Source: Octopus sinensis
Taxonomy: Eukaryota
NCBI RefSeq assembly: GCF_006345805.1
Contig: NC_043017.1
Location: forward strand, 21,700,001-21,764,000
Length of the DNA stretch: 64,000 nt
Reading direction: 5' to 3'
Shown: positions 36,918 to 49,995 of the stretch, one piece after another
Layout: the number at the start of each line of letters is the position of its first letter
Numbering within the stretch: position 1 is the first letter of the stretch
Notes under the pieces: generated by a model
Seen by the model: the letters and a program-made list of their open reading frames with translations, nothing else
What the model was told of the DNA's origin: nothing
Database searches by the model: none
Position numbers and translations under genes: made by a program

Positions 36918-37311
36918 GTATGCAGCACGGATTTTTGTCAGTGAACAGGTCGCTGTCTTAAAGTGATGAAAATATTTTGACAAATTAAGCTTAAATGTTG
37001 AAGTGAATTGAACGGCTTTTGTGTGTTTCTTAAATGGCTTACAAACACCTTCACGCTGCAATTGTTTTCGTTTCAGCACACGTTCTCAGATCAAATCACT
37101 TGCTATGCATGTACATCTCCGTAATATATATATATATATGCATGTATGTATGTATATATGATGGGCATCTTTCAGTTTCTGTCAACCAAGTCCACTCACA
37201 AGGCTTTGGTTGATCCAAGGCTATAGCAGAAGATACATGACTAAGGTGCCATGCAGTGGGACTGAACCAGGAACCATGTAGTTTGGAAGCAAGCTTTTTA
37301 CCACACAGCCT
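36607..37311 (-). mobile_element. SINE family A split by a nested hammerhead element
   Basis: Tail 36607-36830 and head 37160-37311 are separated by (TA)n containing the insert 36925-37124. Confidence 0.85.
36925..37124 (+). mobile_element. Short element with G3:C8-variant hammerhead, copy 2
   Basis: 36934-36984 reads TTTGTCA GTGAACA G GTCGC tgtcttaaa GTGAT GAAA ATAT TT TGACAAA; homologous to 5537-5729. Confidence 0.8.
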
Positions 37312-37574
37312 TGCTCACACTTACAGCTTTTTTTGTTCAAGCTGTATTGCAGAACATGAAGATTATCTAGATATCTTGTGACAAATACTTTATCACAAGC
37401 ATGAAAGCCGTAATTTCTTACCATTTATGGGTACCGAACTCACAGACAAGTGAGCTGAACTATTAGAACCAGTCTGAGAATGAAGACACTTTGAGTAATC
37501 CCAGAATCCCAGAGAACAGAGATAAGTAAAGAGAAAATGGAAGAGAGAATGTATTATGTGAATGCATACATATA

Positions 37575-37739
37575 GGCGCAGGAGTGGCTGTGTGGTAAGG
37601 AGCTTGCTTCCCAACTACATGGTTCCAGGTTCATTCCCACTGCGTGGCACCTTGGGCAATTGTCTTTTACTATAGCCTCGGGTCAACCAAAGCCTTGTGA
37701 GTGGATTTGGTAAACAGAAACTGAAAGAAGCCCGTTGTA

Positions 37740-37783
<44 letters not shown>

Positions 37784-37998
37784 GTGTGTATATGTTTGTG
37801 TGTCTGTGTTTGTCCCCTCAACATCGCTTGAGGTGTGTTTATGTCTCCGTAACTTAGCGGTTTGGCAAAAGAGATCGATAGAATAAGTACTAGGCTTCCG
37901 AAGAATAAGCCCTGGGGTCGATTTGCTCGACTAAAAGGCAGTGCTCCAGCATGGCCACAGCCAAATGACTGAAACAGGTAAAAGAGTAAAAGAGTAAA
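37575..37998 (+). mobile_element. Full-length SINE family A
   Basis: ggcgcaggagtggctgtgtggtaag through ggcagtgctccagcatggccacag..(taaaagag)n. Confidence 0.93.
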
Positions 37999-38019
37999 AA
38001 TATATATATATATATATAT

Positions 38020-38247
38020 ATTTCTTTATTGCCCACAAGGGGCTAAACATAGAGGGGACAAACAAGGACAGACAACCGGATTAAGTCGATTACATCGACC
38101 CCAGTGCGTAACTGATACTTTATTTATCGACCCTGAAAGGATGAAAGGCAAAGTCGACCTCGGCAGATTTTGAACTCAGAACGTAGCAGCAGACGAAATA
38201 CTGCTAAACATTTCGCATGGCGTGCTAACGACTCTGCCAGATCGCCG

Positions 38248-38248
<1 letters not shown>
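38020..38248 (-). mobile_element. Family B SINE with an alternative 3' tail
   Basis: Family B head and central domain, but the tail is ctgtccttgtttgtcccctctatgtttagccccttgtgggcaataaaga. Confidence 0.88.
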
Positions 38249-38304
<56 letters not shown>

Positions 38305-38363
38305 ACACACACACACATAAATATATATACACATATATATATGATTAATATATATTGGCTAAA

Positions 38364-38730
38364 CAACAACATGGTTCCGGGTTCAGTCCCACTGCATGGC
38401 ACCTTGGGCAAGTGTCTTCTACTATAGCCTCGGGATGACCAAAGCCTTGTGAGTGGATTTGGTAGACGGAAACTGAAAGAAGCCTGTCGTATATATGTAT
38501 ATATATATATGTGTGTGTGAGTTTGTGTGTCTGTGTTTGTCCCCCCAACATTGCTTGGTGGTGTGTTTACGTCCCCGTAACTTAGCGGTTCAGCAAAAGA
38601 GACCGATAGAATAAGTACTAGGCTTACGAAGAATAAGTCCTGGGGCCGATTTCCTCGACTAAAGGTGGTGCACCAGCATGGCCGCAGTCAAATGACTGAA
38701 ACAAGTAAAAGAGTATAAAAATAAAAGAGT
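38364..38730 (+). mobile_element. SINE family A (5'-truncated)
   Basis: acatggttccgggttcagtcccactg through tgactgaaacaagtaaaagag. Confidence 0.92.
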
Positions 38731-38874
38731 AATATATATATGAAATTAATATAGAGAGCTGTGTGCAATGTAATACCCAAAAGGAAAACTACAATTGTCA
38801 CTAAATGTGAATAAGGGTGTCAGAACACCTACAATGCTAGAAATAAGAGCTAAAAATGCTCTAATACTGTAGTT

Positions 38875-39184
38875 CACCGTGATCACTGTGACCGACCAGG
38901 TCATCAGATGTTGTTACACATCGCTGGTCACAATGCGCTTCACATTGTTTTAGCCTTCAAATGATGCCACCCCGCTGGCTAAGCGAGCAGGCCAACAGAA
39001 GAAAGAGTGAGAGAAAGTTGTGGCGAAAGAGTACAGCAGGGATCGCCACCACCCCTGCCGGAGCCTCGTGGAGCTTTAGGTGTTTTCACTCAATAAACAC
39101 TCATAACGCCCGGTCTGGGAATCGAAACCGCGATCCTACGACCTCGAGTCCGCTGCCCTAATCACTAGGCCATTGTGCCTCCAC
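38875..39184 (-). mobile_element. tRNA-derived SINE (family F relative) with 12-bp TSD, inserted in an older repeat
   Basis: TSD aatactgtagtt (38863-38874) / aatacagtagtt (39185-39196); the uninterrupted host repeat is seen at ~12160-12300. Confidence 0.9.
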
Positions 39185-39674
39185 AATACAGTAGTTAAAG
39201 CACATAATTGTACACGTGTATTGACAGGGACTGTAATCACCTGAAAACATCGGTGATATATATATAGATATGTGTGTGCATGTGTATGTATATATATACT
39301 TACATACATGCTTATAAGCTCTGTATGCTCACAAAGATCAAATAATGTCAACAGTTCCACCATCAATTTGTTCCCCTCCTTGCTCTTCTTCCCACCATCA
39401 TCATCATCATCTTTGTAAACAATAGTAGTAATAGCAGGAATAAGTCTATACACATCTCTAATTCTTAGATCAAGCTGTGTAGACAAGAAGGATTTGATAT
39501 TAAAATACAGATGTTGCTGTCGGCTATTATTTTGTGTTGCGGTCTTTATTATTGCCATTACAGACGGCGACATTTCATGGAGGAAAAAATAAAATAGAAA
39601 AAAATAAACCCAAAACAACTAAAAAAATCATAAATAAAACTTCAAAATTAGTCACTGATGCTTCGAGAATTATC

Positions 39675-39870
39675 TGGCACCTGTGCGGGTGGCACGTAAA
39701 AAGCACCCACTACACTCACGGAGTGGTTGGCGTTAGGAAGGGCATCCAGCTGTAGAAACATTGCCAGATAAGACTGGAGCCTGGTGCAGCCTTCTGGCTT
39801 CCCAGATCCCCGGTCAAACCGTCCAGCCCATGCTAGCATGGAGAACAGACGTTAAACGATGATGATGATG
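39675..39870 (+). mobile_element. Family C element 3' end
   Basis: ggcacgtaaaaagcacccactacactcacggagtggttggcgttaggaagggcatccag..gttaaacgatgatgatg. Confidence 0.9.
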
Positions 39871-40624
39871 TTCTATCAGCACAACACTTATGTACACACA
39901 TATGCACACATGTCCACCTGTGCACATGCACACACCTCACACAGGCACAAAAACACATGCACACATACATACAAACATAAATGCACACACTAACATATTC
40001 TTCCTTTCTTTTACTGTTTTATTTAATCAATTGTTTGATTAAATTCCTCATGAGTTGTTGCTGAGAATGGCTGCTATCCAATGAGTAACACCAGTAAAAA
40101 AATATAATATAAAAAAGATGTCTCTTTTTTGTTTCAGGCATTGGACTGTGGTCATGCTGGGGCATTTCTGTGTCAGGTTTAATCCAACATACTGATGTTT
40201 GTACTTTTTTTAAGAAAAAATTTTGTTACTTATTCTATCGGTGTATCTGACAGAATACCAAGTCACAGTGATGTAAACAAACCAACATCAGATGTCAGGC
40301 AGTAAGGCAAGGAGAGAGGCAACACACAGAAACACACACACACACACATATATACACACACACACAGAAATATGCTTGAGGCATATTTGAATCTACAAGA
40401 GAGCCAGTCACTGTATTTTGTCTTTGAGAAAATACATCAAGTCAGTTCACAACATCCTCTTACCAGACTGTTGCACCCATGCATTTCAAAGTGGCTATCT
40501 CCTCTTCAGCAGCAGACATTACAAACTGACAAGAGATAGATCCCTGATATCACATCCTCATCATAGTTCAATGACTGGTTGTTCTATTCAGCAGCTCACC
40601 ATAAATAAAATACAAGGCAACAAT

Positions 40625-40714
40625 GCTAACAGCCATATCACGTTTAAAGCCGGCCCTCATTTGATCACCAGAGTTAAGCAACGTCAAGCCTTGTAAGCAC
40701 TTAGATTGGTGACT
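40625..40714 (+). pseudogene. 5S rRNA-derived sequence (3'-truncated)
   Basis: gctaacagccatatcacgtttaaagc..tgatcaccagagttaagcaacgtc..acttagattggtgac aligns with 5S rRNA nt ~1-90, including box A (AGTTAAGC) and a box C-like segment. Confidence 0.85.
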
Positions 40715-41099
40715 ACTTGTTTCAGTCATTACACAGTGGCCATGCTGGAGCACCACCTTTTAGTCGAGCAAATTGACACCAGGATTTATTCTTTGTAAGC
40801 CTTGTACTTATTCTATCGGTCTCTTTTGCCGAACCACTAAGTTACAGGGACGTAAACACACCAGCATCGGTTGTCAAGCGATGTTGGGGGGACAAACACA
40901 GACACACAAACATATACACACACATATATATATATACATATATATGATGGGCTTCTTTCAGTTTCTGCCAACCATATCCACTCACAAGGCTTTGGTCGGC
41001 CCGAGGCTATAGTAGAAGACACTTGCCCAAGGTGCCATGCAGTGGGACTGAACCCGGAACCATGTGGTTCCTAAGCAAGAAAATTACCACACAGCCACT
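40715..41099 (-). mobile_element. Full-length SINE family A
   Basis: Reverse complement of the family A consensus. Confidence 0.92.
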
Positions 41100-41687
41100 T
41101 GATAATTTTTTTTTTGTTGCTATCTTACAGTGACATAAACACACCAATACTGGTTCTCAAGTAGTAGTGGGGGACAAATATATAGATGAAAATAATTTAT
41201 TTTTAACCCCTGACTTTAAATTAGAAAAAAAGCTATGAATAACACCATATAAATAAATTGTTTTGGAAAGAAAAAGACAAAGGTTGCTCATATCCAAAAA
41301 TGGGTTTTTAACCAATTATTTATATTTATTTATATCGTTTCAATTATTTCAAGCTCCCTCAAGGTTTCTAAATTCTAACTATATATGCATATACATACAC
41401 ACAAACACACATACATACAAATATATGTAGATGCACATGCACAAATATATATGTCGATGTACACGTGCATGCACATAGTGGTGTTGAGATAACAAAATGT
41501 TTCGGTGTACGATATCAGCTCTTATAATTGATATTGTACAATGAATTATCTTGCTCTTTTGTATTAATTTCCAGTCTTCACACAATAACTCAACTCTGAA
41601 TAATTCCTAAATGGCCACTGATAATATGACATAGCAGCAATACACACACACACACATGCACATACGTATGCATATATACACACACAG

Positions 41688-41725
<38 letters not shown>

Positions 41726-41764
41726 GTATAAACACATACATCTACACATACTTTTACTCTTTCC

Positions 41765-41831
<67 letters not shown>

Positions 41832-42010
41832 TATATACAAAATACTTATATGTACATATACATATGAATATATATATACATATGTATATATGCTCATACA
41901 TACATATATATATGCACATACTATATATAAAATTGTATGTATAAGCATGTGTATGTATGGTGTATATATATATATATATATATACAGACACAGTTATATC
42001 TATGTGTGTG

Positions 42011-42044
<34 letters not shown>

Positions 42045-42902
42045 TATATACATACACACACACACATATATATATTTATATTTATTTATGCGTGTGTGTA
42101 GGTGTGTGTGCCTATAATAAAAACTACTTCTATGAAATCTTCCTTGTCCATTGTTATTTCTAGTTGATAAGATGTTCAGATATACAAATAATAAATCTCT
42201 CGTCAATGCTTCAATGCTGAAAGCAGAATATTACAAGATTCGAAATAATAACAGTGATAGAGACAAATGACTTTGCCATCACGTCTATAGAATTGTCACA
42301 TATAACATTACAGATCGCATCTTCCGAAAGCTGCTGCCTTAGATTTTGAAAAGCAAACAGATTTCTTGTATTTAGTTGTTCATTATGGCTATCGTTATTG
42401 TTGCCATTATTGCCGTAGTCATCGTAATGCTTGTGGGGAGAAATTTTCCGTTTCCTTTCTTCCATTCTAATGGCGATTTGCAGTGTTGGTAGACAGATAA
42501 AAGTTGGTCTTTAATGAAGGAACAGAGGTAGTGGAGATTCATAGCTGTAGATATATTCATTGTAGTTGTGAATAGTTTAAGGCCACAATGATCTGAGTTC
42601 AAATCCAACAACAGCACTGCATAATTTTTTTTCTTCTTTTATTCTTGTATTTGTTTCAGTCATTTGACTGTGGCCATGCTGGAGCACAGCCTTAAAGGAT
42701 TTTAGTAGAAGAAATCACCCCCAGGACTTTGTAAGCCTCGTACTTATTGTATCGATTTTCTTTGCTAAACCACTAAATTATGGGGATGTAAACACACCAG
42801 CATTGGTTGTCAAGTGATGGTGGGAGGCCAATACTGACACAAAGAGTCACACATATATACATACTTATATACACACACACACAGATACACACATATATAT
42901 AT

Positions 42903-42934
<32 letters not shown>

Positions 42935-42954
42935 TGACTGCTAGCTTCAAAAGC

Positions 42955-43116
42955 TTTTTTTATTCTCTCTCTGTTTATTTCCTCATGTTTCTTTCTGTTG
43001 AAGAGCATAGGCTCGAAACGTAAAAGACTTTCTCACCTTCCTGAGCATTAAACTATACACCTGTTTGTTGTTTATACATCTGTCTTCGTCATTTGTTTTT
43101 CTGTAAATTTCAACTA
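42955..43116 (+). mobile_element. Short element with hammerhead motif (A6U core)
   Basis: 42990-43027 reads TCTTT CTGTTGA A GAGC atag GCTC GAAA CG TA AAAGA; relatives at 27865-27987(-) and ~20770-20900(-). Confidence 0.7.
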
Positions 43117-43310
43117 TCATCATCATCATCATCATCCTCATCATCGTTTAACGTCTGTTTTCCATGGGTTGGACGGTTCGACTAGAGGTTGAGTTTGCTT
43201 TCCATCCATTCAGGGTCGATAAACTAAGTACCAGTGAAAGACTGGGGTCAACATAATCAACTAGTCCCCTCCTGCAAAATTTCAGGCCTTGTGCCTATAG
43301 TAGAAAGGAC

Positions 43311-43353
<43 letters not shown>

Positions 43354-43984
43354 AAATAAAATTCAATTACATTTTGCAGAAAAGTAATAGTTCCCATCAT
43401 GCTTTGCAACAAGGAATTTTAATAATTCCCCTTCCATGATGCAATTCAGTTATAAAAACATTTCCCAAACTCAGACTCCGGCAGAAACTTTAAAATGTAA
43501 TAGCCATCACTTACACTTGTCAAACCACACACACACATGCATGCATGCACACAGCTATTTTTTTTTCCCAGTATATCCCTGAGACAAACTGTCAGACATT
43601 TGACAAAACAAACATGGTTTGATTTCCTCTGTGACTCAACTTTCATTTTCTGCTGTCGACCAGGGAAATTAGTTTTTTTGCTACATTTTATTGAAAAACT
43701 ATCTCAATCTCCAAACACATGAAACAACACAAAGAGAACCAATTAGGGAGTCTCTATGTGGCTTCTCAATCTGCTAGAAACAGCAGCCATATTTCTTCTG
43801 ATCTATGAGTGTCAAATATATGTATGTCTTGTGAATAAAAATGACCCATGGCAATGCTTAAGTTCAGCTCCCATCTCAGTTTTAGAAAAAAAAATTTATT
43901 AATAATTTTTTTTCTCCTATTTGAAAATGTTTTGTGAAAGATATTTCGCTTACATGCCTTCCCTCATGGTGCTTGGTTAAGATT

Positions 43985-44110
43985 TGTGATTTCAATTGCG
44001 TGACTGCTTATTTTTAGATTAAGATTGTAGGGTAGGTGTGAGAGGCTGGATCTGGCCAGTTTGAACATAAAACAGGTCAGATATAGCCAGTTTAAATGCA
44101 AAATGGTTGA
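43985..44110 (-). mobile_element. Fragment of the piggyBac-like MITE family
   Basis: Reverse complement matches ctgttttatgttcaaactgaccagatccaggctctcacacctaccctacaat of 51061-51112. Confidence 0.8.
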
Positions 44111-44580
44111 GTATAAAAAGATTAAGGGCTGCAACACTCCGGTGCTCCAGATGGCTTTAATAATCAACAGATGACAGAATGCAGAATTCGACTAATGAAA
44201 ATCTTTGCTGTGACCTCCCACTTTTGGTTAATGCTGTGGTGGATGCTCCCAGGCAAGAAGTGAGCTGGTCCACTACTAATAAACAGTGGACTGATACAAT
44301 CAGTAAGGGCAGTCGGCGAAGGTACACCGTTCGGACCAGTCCCATAGAGATGACATAATACATTGGCATCATGGGATATATCAGTGGTGACAAAGGTTCG
44401 GACAATATCGCCATTGGGACATATCAGTTAACAAGGTAGGAAGGTGACAGCTGAAACAACTTGCTGGATAGAGACTGAAATACCCAGAGTAACTTTCCTG
44501 CAAAGTCATCACCTTGGAATGATCCATGAGTTGAAGTCTTGGTGTCTTTTGAAACTGTTCGGGACTATGCCATATGCCCA

Positions 44581-44858
44581 GGGACATATGGCATAGTGGT
44601 TAAGAGTGCGGACTACTAACCCCAAGATTCCGAGTTCGATTCCAGGTAGTGACCTGAATAATAATAATGATGATAATAATAATAATAATAGTAATAATGA
44701 TAATAATAACAACAACATCGCCCCAAGACACCTGATGAAGGCTGGAATGTATATCAGATGAAACATTGGGTTAACAACAAACAAGATGAAGACAAATATC
44801 TGTCAAATGAAAATAATGTAAATATGGTACATAATTCCTCATTTCTTAAATATAGAAC
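44581..44858 (+). mobile_element. tRNA(Ser-like)-headed SINE with (AAT)n and hammerhead tail, copy 2
   Basis: Homologous to 2617-2985; HHR at 44727-44772 reads gacac CTGATGA a ggctg..cagat GAAA ca tt gggtt. Confidence 0.85.
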
Positions 44859-45295
44859 AGGAAATTAAGTGTTTTTGTTCAAGAACACAGTGCATCACCC
44901 TGTCCAGGAAATGAAACCACAATCTTACGATCATGAGTCCAACGCACTAAGCATTAAGCCACCAAATATATTTACAACTCAGTCATGAGACTTAGAGAAA
45001 ACAACAAGAAAATAAAATAAAAAAAGACAGAAAATAAAACCGAAATCAATGTTTCTTAGGATGAATACAGAATAATTGTAAGTAATATCATGTTTCCACT
45101 TGAAAACAGTTGTAGTCTATGGCTGATCCTGGACAGTATCGGATAAAATAGCATATTATTTTCTATCACGTGAACTCTAAACATATTTCACTGGCCTACA
45201 TCTGATATCTATCTAGCTATCTATCTATCTATCTATCTATCTACCCATTTATCTATCTATCTATATATTTATATGTATATAAATATGTATATATC

Positions 45296-45327
<32 letters not shown>

Positions 45328-45580
45328 GATATTTATATATATATATATGCATATGTACAAACACATGTATATATATATACATATATATATATGTGCATGT
45401 GTGTGCATATGTATGTATATGGATGTATGAATATGTATAATGTATATGTACATATATTTATACACACTCCCCTCTCCCACATATAAATATATAGATGCAC
45501 ACACCCATTTATATATACATTTCTGCATGTGCACCTATGCCTGTATATACATATATGTGTGTGTGTGTGTGTGTGTATAA

Positions 45581-45624
<44 letters not shown>

Positions 45625-46139
45625 ATATGTATGTAAGTATGTATGTATGTACATATGTGTATATATGCATAAGTCGTGAGTAAGGATGTGTTGGTGGGTT
45701 TTCAACATCATAAAAAGCAAAAAAAAAACAGAAAAAATTTTAAAATAAGAAAGCAAAAGAAAATCCGGTTTTGGATCCAGTTCCCAAGTAAGATTACTCC
45801 ATTTATTTAGAGCTGGATTCTAACCTAGATATTCTATTCCTCATGTGAATTGGATCATAAAAACCTTGTAAAAACCAACAGAACCGAGGGAAGACAAGAT
45901 AATAGGAAAATATCAGATCAACTGTTTATTCAGTTTTTTTCTAGGGTTTTGTTTTTGTTTTTCTGGTATTGTTGCTTTTATTCTAAGGAGATAATTATAA
46001 AATAACAACAACAGTTGTAAGCACCATCGCTGTCATCATCGTTATTGTCATCCCCACCAGATGCACTACCAGCACCGTCATCATTGTTACCATGGAAATC
46101 ATCATCATCATCACCAATGGTATCAAATGACTAAAAAAA

Positions 46140-46470
46140 AGTAAAACTGGTTCTCTGTTGGTTATAACAATTAGGGTTTCAGTTAATCTTAATTGACAGA
46201 ACAGCCTGCTCATGAAAATATCAGGCACGTGGCTGAGTACTCCACAGACACATGTACACTCATGGTAGTTCCCAGGGAGATTCCGCGTGATGCAGAATGT
46301 GGGAAAAGCTGGCCCCTTTGAATTACTGGTACAACTCAGTTTTGCTAGCTGAGTGAACTGGAGTAACACGAATTAAAGTGTCTTGCTTAAGGATACAATG
46401 TACTGCACAGAATTGAACTCATGGCCTTATGATCATGAGCCAAACACCCTAACCACTAAGCCACGTGCTT
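46140..46470 (-). mobile_element. SINE family D
   Basis: Reverse complement of gcacgtggcttagtggttagggtg..gagttcaattc..ttcaaaggggccagc. Confidence 0.85.
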
Positions 46471-46761
46471 TCATATTCATCATGACTTCCGCCATCATCA
46501 CCACCACTGCCACCACCACAAACACAATCATCACTAGCATTAGCATCATCATCATCCTCATCATCATCACCATCACCATCATCATCACCATCATTATCAA
46601 CATCATCATCCTCACTGCCACTACCATCAACAGTTGTTATCATCATCACTACCACCATCACTAGCATCAGCAACACCATCATCGTTATAACTGACCTTAT
46701 TTTCATCATCATCATCGTCATCACCATCATCACTACCATCCCCACTGATAGTTACATTACC

Positions 46762-46792
<31 letters not shown>

Positions 46793-48835
46793 CCACCACC
46801 ATTGTGATTGATATTGTTATAAACATTATTAGAATCGTTATTACAATTTGTATTCACAATGATAGCAAATGTTGGCATTAAGCCACAAATTTCTTTAACG
46901 AGGAAGGAATCTAATCACTAAAGTAAACTCGATTACTGCAGCATAAAAGTGGCACTTATTTTACTAACCCCGGAGGGATGAAAATTTAAGCCAACTTTAG
47001 CCAGATTTGAACTCAGAATGGAGAGGAACACAGCTGAGTACTTCTAGGCATTCCGCACAGCAATTTCAGTACCTGAGACTCGTTAGTTAAATAACAATTA
47101 AATTGGATAATGGATTTGCAGAATTAATAGAGATTGGTGTGATTACATGTGGGTCAGTGGTTAGGGTATTTGGCTAGTGATTGTAAGGTTGTGAGTTCAA
47201 TTCACAGTGGTGCATTGTGTCCTTGGGCAAGACACTTTATTTCACATTGTTCGCAATGAGTTCTACCTGTAATTCAAAGCCTTGTCACATTCTGTGTCAC
47301 ACTGAATCTCTCTGTTAAGAGTACACATCTGTGGAATACTCAACCACTTGCATGTTAATTTTATGAGCAAGCTGTGACATAGTGCTAGTTAGAACTTGGT
47401 GCAAAATGCCTTGTAGTATTTAGTTACAGTCCTTCACACTCTGGTTTCAAATCCCACTGAGGTCAACAGTGCCCTTTTATAAGTGATAAAATAAAATTAC
47501 TAGTTAAGTAATCCCTCACCATGTCATTGTTTATTAATTAAGCTTACGTCAATTCCTCCGTGTTGTTTTGCATTTATGATAAAATAGATATATACAAATA
47601 ATAAAAACAATTTTAAAAAATATACAATACAGTATTGTTTCTACATCACAGATTTTCGCCTATCTTGAGTGTTTTGGAACATAACACCCACGATAGTGAA
47701 GGGATTATTGGCCTTACCACCTCTGGTCAAACAATCTGACCCATGCCAGCATGGAAAACGGACGTTAAGAGATGGTGATGATGACGACGATGACGAGGAG
47801 GAGGGGAGATGATAGCGGTAGCTTGGCCCTTCCTTTTATCTCTGTTTATGTCTCGCAAGTTTCGTGGCAGCCTCATGAGTGCCAATAACACAAAAATGGA
47901 GAAAAGAAAAGCATGCAGGGGACTCTGTAAAGTGCTTGAAGGATTAGGAAGGGCATCCAACTGCAGAAAACCAGTGGACAGTGGTTAGGGTATTTGGCTA
48001 GCGATTGTAAGGTTGTGAGTTCAATTCACAGTGGTGGATTGTGTCCTTGGGCAAGACACTTTATTTCACATTGCTCACAATGAGTTCTACCTGTGATTCA
48101 AAGGGGTCAGCCTTGTCACATTCTGTGTCACACTGAATCTCTCTGTTAAGAGTACACATCTGTGGAATACTCAACCACTTGCATGTTAATTTTATGAGCA
48201 GGCTGTGACATAGTGCTAGTTAGAACTTGGTGTAAAATGCCTTGTAGTATTTTGTTACAGTCCTTCACACTCTGGCTTCAAATCCCTCTGAGGTCAACAA
48301 GCCAAAGGTGACACAGGTGCCCGATAAATCCCTGCAGCTCACCAGTTCTGTGGTTAAACTGTCCAACTCGCACCAAACATAGAAAGCAGATGCAGACGTT
48401 AAACGATGATGCACAGACACCAATGACTAACTCCTACTTAGTTTATATTTCACTGATGTTTGAGGGGGAGGTCATGTGACCAGAATAAGTATGATAATAG
48501 TAAACACTCAGATGTAATGCTTACAGTCTCCATGACTACAACATGAGCATCAGCATCAGCATCATCAACATCATCATCGTCATTATCATGATTGTGTTTC
48601 TCAGAGTGTAGAATATTAAAAGAATGGCTCTGACGTTGCAGCAGACCACAAGACCACAGATCTAGAATTTTGGCTGCTACCATAAATCTTCTGATGTATA
48701 TCACCTGCAAGAATATGGTGGAACAACAATTAATTATATATTCCTAGCAGATGTAAGCATACACACAGAAACATATTTGTTGTATGTGTATATGTAGACA
48801 TACATACATACATACACACATACACACACACACAT

Positions 48836-48875
<40 letters not shown>

Positions 48876-48972
48876 TCAATATAGGGTGGCAAAAAAATTT
48901 TGTAGAATTTTTTTGCCACCAGCGGCCTAGTGGGAAAAAATTAAATAGTCATAGACCATTTTTAAGTTCAAC

Positions 48973-49103
48973 ATCACAATCAAGGAACGGCCATAATAGG
49001 CCATTCACCCACTAGAAATAACAGCCAAAAGCTTCAACCGCGGTTGAAGCCTTTGGCTGTTATTTCTAGTGGGTGAATGGCCTATTATGGCCGTTCCTTG
49101 ATT

Positions 49104-49108
<5 letters not shown>
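48973..49108. repeat. 136-bp spacerless palindrome (one mismatch)
   Basis: 68-bp arms centred on caaccg|cggttg (49040/49041); the only mismatch is 49030 A vs 49051 C. Confidence 0.97.
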
Positions 49109-49109
<1 letters not shown>

Positions 49110-49142
<33 letters not shown>

Positions 49143-49216
49143 GTACATACATATATGCAGAGATATAGACATGAATACATGCATAACATACATATATACA
49201 TACACACACACATATC

Positions 49217-49259
<43 letters not shown>

Positions 49260-49952
49260 ATGTATGTATGTATGTATACACACACACACACACACACATA
49301 TATATAGGTGTGTGTGTATCTATACACAGGCATCTACATGCATTTATATGTGAGAGAGAGAAATAATGGTGGATATTTCTGTAGATTATATATATAATTT
49401 TCTCTGGCTATGTCTATAAATGAAGTATATGTGCGTATGTGTATATATACACACACACACACACACACATTCAGACAGGCGTTCACAAGAGGTTGGCTGG
49501 CAATACATAATTAGTCTTTCGTTATCTTTTTTTTTGGTTAGTTACATCGCATTTTACCTTTAATAATACATCACAATATATTTTTATGTTGTGTTTTCTT
49601 TTGATATTTACTCAGTTTTTCATTTTTTGCTTTTGTTTATAGCCAATATTTTTTTTTTGTCCTCAGCCTTTACAGAACATTTCCATACATTTTATAGTAT
49701 CACGTTATGTTATTTTTCGTGTAACTTCAATAGTACACTATGTTCCACTGGTTAAGATAATTAGTAATATTTTTTCCTATTGTTTTCCCTGATTATATTT
49801 ATTTGTCCGTTTTTCTCTGTTCTAATTTGGTCATTTTCTTTATATATATATATATATTATATATATATATATATACACGTACATACATATATGCAGAGAT
49901 ATAGACATGAATACATGCATAACATACATATATACATACACACACACATATC

Positions 49953-49995
<43 letters not shown>

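Noticed and set aside
42164-42544. ORFs on both strands in a unique island (MEERKRKISPH..., MNLHYLCSF..., MAIVIVAII...)
   Set aside because: No recognisable homology and no clear donor site; kept only as a possible exon in the minus-strand chain.
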